The notes under the pieces: model-generated
Databases searched by the model: none
Seen by the model: only the letters and a program-made list of their open reading frames with translations
What the model was told of the DNA's origin: nothing
Shown: piece after piece, positions 46,101 through 52,948 of the stretch
Layout: every line of letters starts with the position of its first letter
How positions within the stretch are numbered: position 1 is the stretch's first letter
Position numbers and translations under genes: made by a program
Assembly: GCA_010909165.1 (NCBI GenBank)
Contig: VJWM01000337.1
Span: 1-52,948, forward strand
Direction: 5' to 3'
Length of the DNA stretch: 52,948 nt
Origin: Anthoceros angustus
Lineage: Eukaryota; Plantae; Anthocerotophyta

Positions 46101-47310
46101 TTCAAGCTCCTTGCTTGTGAGAGTCCCTCGGTTTCCCATAAATGCACCAAATAGGTGCTAAGATAGCAGGCCTTGGCCCTTCCTCATCCACGAATTTGGC
46201 TTGAGGAGCTTCTCGATGGTGGATGTAGGCCTCATACATAATCGGCTTGGCTCCCATGGAAATCTTCCACAAAATTGGAGGAAGTTGGTCTTTGAAATAA
46301 AGTGCGTTGGTAATTTACCGCACAATCTTTGCGAAGAGCCTCCACTTGACTCCTTGATGCTCTCGGTCTTCCGACCATTCTTGGCGTGGGCTTTCACTCC
46401 TCCATCCATCATGTCAAGGAACTCCTGCGGGATGTCGGAGGCTGTCCTCTTCCTCCATTCGACCTTTCGAGGAGAGCAATTCGAGCTCTCTCCTCCGGTC
46501 TTCCATACACAGCCGAATACTTCGTCCCGGTGCGGATCCGTTCTAGCATTCCCTCGAGTGCGGCAGGGCGCTTCCGATTGATGGAGGTTGATGTAACACT
46601 CCTCAATCAATTCCAAATTGGTGTAGGCCCATTGGCGGCCATACACCCATCTAGTTGGATGTTCTCCTCCTCCTTGCGAAATCAACCAAATCTCGGGGTT
46701 GAGCTGCCCAAAGCAAGTGAATTGGGGCATTCAATCACCTCCTGGCGGGCGTAGCCCACTGCTCTTTTCCTTCCTCTCGCGAGGAGCCTTTGCTGGCGGC
46801 TCCTTCCTTGCCTTTTCCTCCTCGAGGCATGGTCTTCCTTTCAAGTGTTTTAAAGGAAGGAATTACTCTAATTTATTTGGCTCACTTCTCTTCAAACACT
46901 TCTCCTTGGGTAACCACCACTGCGGCTTGCCACGTTAGAGTCTTTCTGCTCCTCTCCGTGTCCTTCTTCGGCGAGGCGCGCCAATTCTCGCTCTTCCCTT
47001 GCCTTTTCCTTCCTCTTGCTTCTTGGCTCGCTCACTTCCTCTCCGGTGGTTTGGGCGCGTGTGAGCTCTCCCCACTGCTTGCGGCACTCCTTCCTTCCAC
47101 CGGTCTCCGCCTCGCGGTTGTTCTCTCCTTGCTCGTGGCGATGGCGGCTCCTTCCCCTTCCCTTGCTCGTGGCGATGGCGGCTCCTTCCTTGCTCGTGGC
47201 GATGGCGGCTCCTTCCCCTTTTGCGTTACGTTCCAACGCCAGCTCGTCTCTCTTGCGAAGTGGAGGCGCGCCGCACTTTGCCCTCCTTGGATATGCACTG
47301 GCGTGCACAA
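40510..47310 (-). pseudogene. ORF X copies in the 5' LTR (internally duplicated)
   Basis: ORF 46158-46730 (MPQFTCFGQLNPEIWLI...WVYGRQWAYTNLELIEECYINL) and ORF 43696-44019 (QLEAMESDEKAAKLEKVRRELQHDL). Confidence 0.55.
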
Positions 47311-47784
47311 CCCTAGATTGGATTCATCATTCCAAAATCCTAATTCTATCTAAACTACCTATTTTCCTATCTCGCTATCCTAATTAACGCTTCTAATTAC
47401 TCTATATATTTATTCCCTATTGGTGAGCATATATAGTGGATATCCCCCTCTATTCTAAATTTCCTTTTAGCGAGATTGTCGACCTACCGCGGTGATACGC
47501 GACTTACCTGATACGCTTCCCCTTCTCGCCTACCGTGGTGTGGCACCTCTGATGATGCACCGACCTACCAACCTTTGGACGGCCCTCCACCGCAAATGCG
47601 GGTCGTTTCGACCCGTTCTTCTTCTGGGATATCCTCTTTTTTCTTCCTAACAATATCCTACAACTCCGGCTTCAAGATTCTCGAGAAAATTTCTTGGCAT
47701 GCTCCTCTTCAATCGTTCCTAGCCAAAAAATCAAACTTGTTTGTCTTGAGCTCTTTTGGGCTGGTTGCCCAAACTTTTCGTTCA

Positions 47785-47789
47785 CAACT
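47785..47789. other. Right target-site duplication CAACT
   Basis: Matches 20777-20781; the LTR terminus here appears to have lost ~3 bases. Confidence 0.6.
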
Positions 47790-50040
47790 CTAGCTGATCC
47801 AGTCTGGTCCATTCTGACTTTAGTCGGGAGATCAAAGTCCCGACGGTAACAACTATACTTGGGATGGTCGGTAGAAACTTTTCAGGACACCGGCGTTAAG
47901 GGATGGAGTAGGTGACCCTTTCGGCACTTCCAGTGTTTGAGTGTCTTTGGCGGAATTGCTATGGTGCGTGAAGGTGTAGTGCAGATGGGATGGTTCTAGT
48001 GGCAATTTCACCTCTTTCTATGATAAGCTCGTCGGCACTCTAAAACTCCTACTCTTGTTGTGGTTAGAGGTAGCTGAAGAGCTCCCACTAAGTGTTGCGT
48101 GTTGTGACCAATGTCGAGGGACAAACTATAGGAGGAAGTAGGGGTAATCTGTACTCTTTTGAGAGAAGACTGAGGAAGAGCCAAAGCACGACTTCCACCC
48201 CAACTCATTAGAGATACTAAGGAGAAGAAGTTGGACGGGGAAGGTCCTTGTTCTTTGATGACACCAACTCAAGATCGACACCTTGTAGCCTTTGTAGAAA
48301 TGATCACCACACTAACAACACACAATGATGGATTACATGTTTTAAACTAAGCGAGACACTTGAATCTTTGTAAGTCTAAGACTCAAGCATCTCCTTTGAA
48401 TAAGTCATGTTTTACCTTAGGGAGGGCTTTAGTAAGCGGTCGGCATTAGATCCGTGGGGATGTATTCAAAACGATCGACTTAAAGCGCATCTCGGATGAA
48501 ATGGTAATGAATCTCGATGTCCTTAATCGTGCCCGGGACTCATGGCGCCGCGATTGTTGCGTCGAGATTATGGGTATGCGTGTCGGTGTCCTCTCCCAAG
48601 ACTCACGATGCCAGCAGGTGGAGCGATAACTTAAGAAGGTTCCACGCGCGTAAAATATGGTATATGGATTATATAAAATGGGTGTTACATAGGACTTTGA
48701 GCCTCCTTTGGCTTTTGGCTTCTATGGATTGAGTATTTGAACTAAGTTTTCTAGCTAGTGACCATGAAGCGACTTCATGTCATCGTAATGACCGTCCGTG
48801 GTACCATATGGTGATGGTATGTGAGTCATTCTTGCACCTTCGCCGAGCTCCATACCTGCGCCCAGAGCAGCGGCACCGCCACGGCAGTGTGTACGCACCT
48901 TCCACGTCGGTATCTTTGAAGCCCGATCGTCAATGCTCACCCGCGCCCGCCACCACGGCGCTGCAACAGCGGCACTCAGGCACTTCAGCCCGGCGACAAC
49001 CTGGCCGATGAAAACCGAGGCACGCATGGAAGATAACCCCTCACCATCCCTCCCTTCACAATTGTCCCGAACAAACCCGGATCCTCTATATGAAGGCGCC
49101 TCACGAACCGAGCCAAGAAGCGGTCGCTTGCGCTTTCATCCACTAAAGTTGAGTATAAGGTACAGCGGGCGCATGGAAGGAGTTAGAGTGGGAAGGCAAC
49201 TTTTGGAATGAATCCACTTACCTCAAAGTGCTCCCACTAAGCTTCTATGTGAAAGCATGTAGGCTATTGCCCTTTTTCCAATCCTTGGTTTCATGCAAGA
49301 ACCAAGCACATTGAACTAAACCACCATTATATCCATGGCGTCGCTAAAGGGGCATTGTGAAAGTGGAATACATTAGTCGGTGAGAATCTGACTAATATTT
49401 TTTACAAAGGACACATAAAGCCATTTCAAGCATGGCTGCCCTTGGGCTCAGTGTTCACTCGCCCTCATGTCGAGTTGATATCTACCTTGTTGTCGGTAGG
49501 CTTTGTTGATTCTTATTGCCTCTAGGGCTCTGGAGCTGCTCGCCTTCTTCTGCTCAAAATGGCGTATTCATCAGCATCGGTACTCTCAAAGGATGAAGCT
49601 ACACTATGAAATCTAGGCGTGAGAGGTATTAGACATATGGGTCATGTTTTAGGAGGTCATATCTTTTCTTTTCTTTGTGATTTCTTGGTTGGGTTGTAGT
49701 TGAAGGTTCTAGTTGTTTCGCTTTCTTTGTGAGGATTTTTGGTTGTTTTGTTTCTAACCGTTCTTTGGGACGTTTTTCCTCTTTTGTTTTGTTTTCCTTT
49801 GTTATTTTTGGGTTGGGTTGTAGTTGAAGGTTCGGTCTCTTTTCGGATAATTTTGAGGTTTTTGGTTGTTTTGTCTCTAGTTTCTTATTTTGGGAGGTTA
49901 TCAATGCTATTTTCCAATTTTTGGGTTGCGTTGTAGCTTTAGGTTCCAATCGGTCTTTAGATTTTGTGAGGCTTTTGGTTCTCTTGTATCTAGCTTCTTT
50001 AGGTTCCAATCGGTCTTTAGATTTTGTGAGGTTATTTCCT
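47785..50040. repeat. Continuation of the ~4.1-kb tandem array
   Basis: Resumes at the point interrupted at 20781; AGCCA anchor at 48179; RNase H remnants and a truncated minisatellite block (49670-50040). Confidence 0.9.
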
Positions 50041-52355
50041 CTTGGCATGCCCACAAGGCTGCTAGGTCCCTAGCCCCTTCAAAATCCACCTGAGTGCTTC
50101 ACAAGCTCCGGCAATTCTCCTAGGGGTCCTAATTCCACCCCTCTGTCTTCTTCTTTGGAAATTTCCAGCTCTCCCCGGGCCATCAGCCTTGGTCCCTTCC
50201 TGTCGCTCCATCCGCTCTCCCACCCGGTAGCGGAGATGGTGGCCTCGGCGCCCTCGCGGCACCTCGCGTTGCTTCTCCTTCCCCTTCCCTGGTGGCTGCT
50301 GGCGTGGGGTGCACCGCCTGTGGTGGGCTCCCCTGTGGTAGTCGCCTACCTACCATGGTGGTGGCCGCCCTATGACTGCCCACCCTTGGGTGGCGCCTCC
50401 CTACAGGTAGTGGCCGGGTGCCTCTCTCTTGTAGGCACAAAGGAGATGGTGGGGACTCCCCACTCTCGGCATCACCCCTCACATGGTCCTTCTCTCATAG
50501 ACCACCATTCGGCCTTCCTCGGCTTCTCCTCTCCCTTGCTTGCTCAGCGGGGAAGAGATTCCCACTCCGGCAACCTTGTTGCCTGCATCTTCTCCTCTTG
50601 CTTCTAGCATGCTTGTGGAGTCGACCTCCCACCGTCTTGCGCAATGCAAAGGGTAAAGGCCTTTCAAACTCTGGAGGTGGATGACCTCAAAGGGATGCCA
50701 TGCATCTTCAAGCTCCTTGCTTGTGAGAAGTCCTCGGTTTCCCATAAATGCACCAAATAGGTGCTAAGGTAGCATGGCCTTGGCCCTTCCTCATCCACGA
50801 ATTTGGCTTGAGGAGCTTCTCCGGTGGTGGATGTAGGCCTCATACATAGTCCCCAATCGGCTTGGCTCCCATGGAAATCTTCCACAAAATTGGAGGAAGT
50901 TGGTCTTTGAAATAAAGTGCGTTGGTAATTTACCAACCCGGCACAATCTTTGCGAAGAGCCTCCACTTGACTCCTTGATGCTCTCGGTCTTCCGACCATT
51001 CTTGGCGTGGGCTTTCACTCCTCCATCCATCATGTCGAGGAACTCCTGCGGGATGTCGGAGGATGTCCTCTTCCCTCCATTCGACCTTTCGAGAGAGCAA
51101 TTCGAGCTCTCTCTTCCTCCGGTCTTCCATACACAGTCGAATACTTCTTACGGTCCAGCGGGGATCCGTTCTAGCATTCCCCTTCGGTAGCGGCGCCCGA
51201 TTGATGGAGGTTGATGTAACACTCCTCAATCAATTCCAAATTAGTGTAGGCCCATTGGCGGCCATACACCCATCCTAGTGGATGTTCTCCTCCTCGCCCT
51301 GAAAATCAACCAAATCTCGGGGTTGACAAAGCAAGTGAATTGGGGCATCTCCTCACAGCGGGCGTAGCCCTTTTCTTTTCCTTCCTCTCGAGGAGAGCCT
51401 TTGCTGGCGGCTCCTTCCTTGCCTTTTCCTCGAGGCATGGTGGCGTCTTCCTTTCAAGTGTTTTAAGGAAGATTACTCCAATTTGAGATCTCTTTCTTCA
51501 CTTCTCCCCACGGTAACACACTTCACAGGCACGTTAGCCACAGCAGTTTTTCGGTGCGCCTCTCCGTGTCCTTCTTCGTGGCGCGCACCTTCTCGCTCTT
51601 CCCTTCAATTTTCGTTGTCCTTGGCGCTCGCTCCGCGCCCCTCTCCGGTGGCACGCGTGGTGAGCTCTCCTTGCTTTCGTGGCACTCCGCGTTTTCCTTC
51701 CTTCTCCGCCTCGCGGTTGGGTCTTTCTCGATGGGCCTTGCCCTCTCCCTTGCTCGTGGCGATGGCGGCCTTCGCGGATGGCGTCTTCCTTCCTCTTTTA
51801 CGTTCCAGCGCCCGGCTTCTCTTGTTCTTGCGAAGTGGAGCGGCCAAAGCGCACTTTGCCTCCTTTGGATGTGCCACTGGCGGCACAACCCTAGATTGGA
51901 TTCATCATTCCAAAATCCTAATTCTATCTAAACTACCTATTTTCCTATTACTCGCTATCCTAATTAACGCTTCTAATTACTCTATATATTTATTCCCTAT
52001 TGGTGAGCATATATAGTGGATATCCCCTCTATTCTAAATTTCCTTTTAGCGATTTTGTCGGTCTACCGGTGATGCGACTTACAGATGATGCTTCCCTTCT
52101 CGACTACGGCGTGGTGTGGCGACCTACGGTGGTAGTCGCGACCTACCAACCTTTCGGTTGCCCTCCGCCTCGTCGGGGTCGTTTTGTTCTTCTTCTGGGA
52201 TATCCTTTTCTTCCTAACAATATCCTACAACTCCAGCTTCAAGATTCTCGAGAAAATTTCTTGGCATGCTCCTCTTCAATCGTTCCTAGCCAAAAAAAAT
52301 CAAACTTGTTTGTCTTGGGCTCTTTTGGGTGGTTGCCCAAACTTTGCGTTCCACA
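50035..52355 (-). repeat. Third, partial LTR copy (LTR 5' part with ORF X core)
   Basis: Colinear with ~44000-47784; ends TTCCACA at 52355. Confidence 0.88.
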
Positions 52356-52731
52356 CACAACTAGCTACGATCCACGGTCCATTCTGACTTTAGTCGGGAG
52401 CAGTCGTCCAAAACAACTATACTTGGGATGGTCAGTAGAACACTCGGGACACAAGCGATTAGGGATGGAGTGGTGACCCTTCGGCCTTGAAGTGTTTGAG
52501 TGTCTTTGGCGGAATTGCTATGGTGCGTGAAGAGGTGCGGATGGGATGGTTCTAGTGGCAATTTCACCTCTTTCTATGATAAGCTCGTCGGCACTCTAAA
52601 ACTCCTACTCTTGTTGTGGTTAGAGGTAGCACGAAGAGCTCCCACTAATGTCTGTGCGTGTTGTGACCAATGTCGAGGACAAACTATAGGAGGTAGGGTA
52701 ATCTATACTCAGAGAAAGACGAGGAAGAGCC
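52356..52731. repeat. Second copy of the LTR right flank (tandem-unit sequence, equals ~47785-48182)
   Basis: CCATTCTGACTTTAGTCGGGAG through GAGGAAGAGCC. Confidence 0.9.
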
Positions 52732-52948
52732 GGAGGTAGAATTGTGCCTCCACATGTAGAAGCTTAGGGAGGTGAAGTGGAAAGGAAGAGTCCAAGGAGG
52801 AGATAGAGGAAGATCAACCGGGAGTCCGTGGCGACGGGTAGTTCAAGAGGAAAAGGAGGGCAAGCAAGAAGAGAAAGGCCGGGGAGGCAGCGGCCTCAAC
52901 AAAGAAGGGAGGTGGACGGCGCCACCGTGTCGGCGCGCTAAGGCCGCA

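Larger units (their letters stand above)
20782..47784 (-). mobile_element. Full-length Ty3/gypsy non-chromovirus LTR retrotransposon (Athila/Phygy-like) with very long LTRs
   Basis: Two LTRs with TG...CA ends, PBS at 37088-37101, PPT at 27949-27962, minus-strand order gag-PR-RT-RH-INT, 5-bp TSD; lineage inferred from PBS type and FLDDF / WGIDFVGP motifs. Confidence 0.92.
37106..47784 (-). repeat. 5' LTR (10679 bp including internal duplications)
   Basis: Plus strand starts TGTGGTAGGGAGAATC like 20782 and ends AAACTTTTCGTTCA like 27931-27948; flanked by PBS and TSD. Confidence 0.88.

Overview
Eukaryotic, TE-saturated sequence with no host gene, rRNA, tRNA gene or CRISPR array; a non-seed land plant host is a weak inference from the element types. 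(1) A minus-strand Ty1/copia element (1-4861; gag-PR-INT-RT-RNase H, tRNA-iMet PBS, ~200-bp 5' LTR) runs off the left edge. (2) A ~4.1-kb tandem unit built from TE debris occupies 4862-20781 and resumes at 47785. It contains copia RT/RNase H remnants, a ~63-bp T/G-rich minisatellite, and a Ty3/gypsy integrase tail with a PHD finger. (3) A complete minus-strand non-chromovirus Ty3/gypsy element (20782-47784) is inserted into that array, with TSD CAACT, PPT, Athila-type PBS and 7.2-kb and 10.7-kb LTRs. These LTRs carry a degenerate multi-kb ORF behind its own TATA-like island, which is the most novel-looking signal here. (4) Many 0.1-4.5-kb tandem duplications and templated insertions have microhomology junctions. 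Caveat: pervasive small deletions, near-identical blocks beside heavily diverged ones, and a blended zone at ~9.2-10 kb suggest part of the structure is read/assembly (or other in-silico) artefact. All calls are by eye, and most coordinates other than termini and motifs are approximate.
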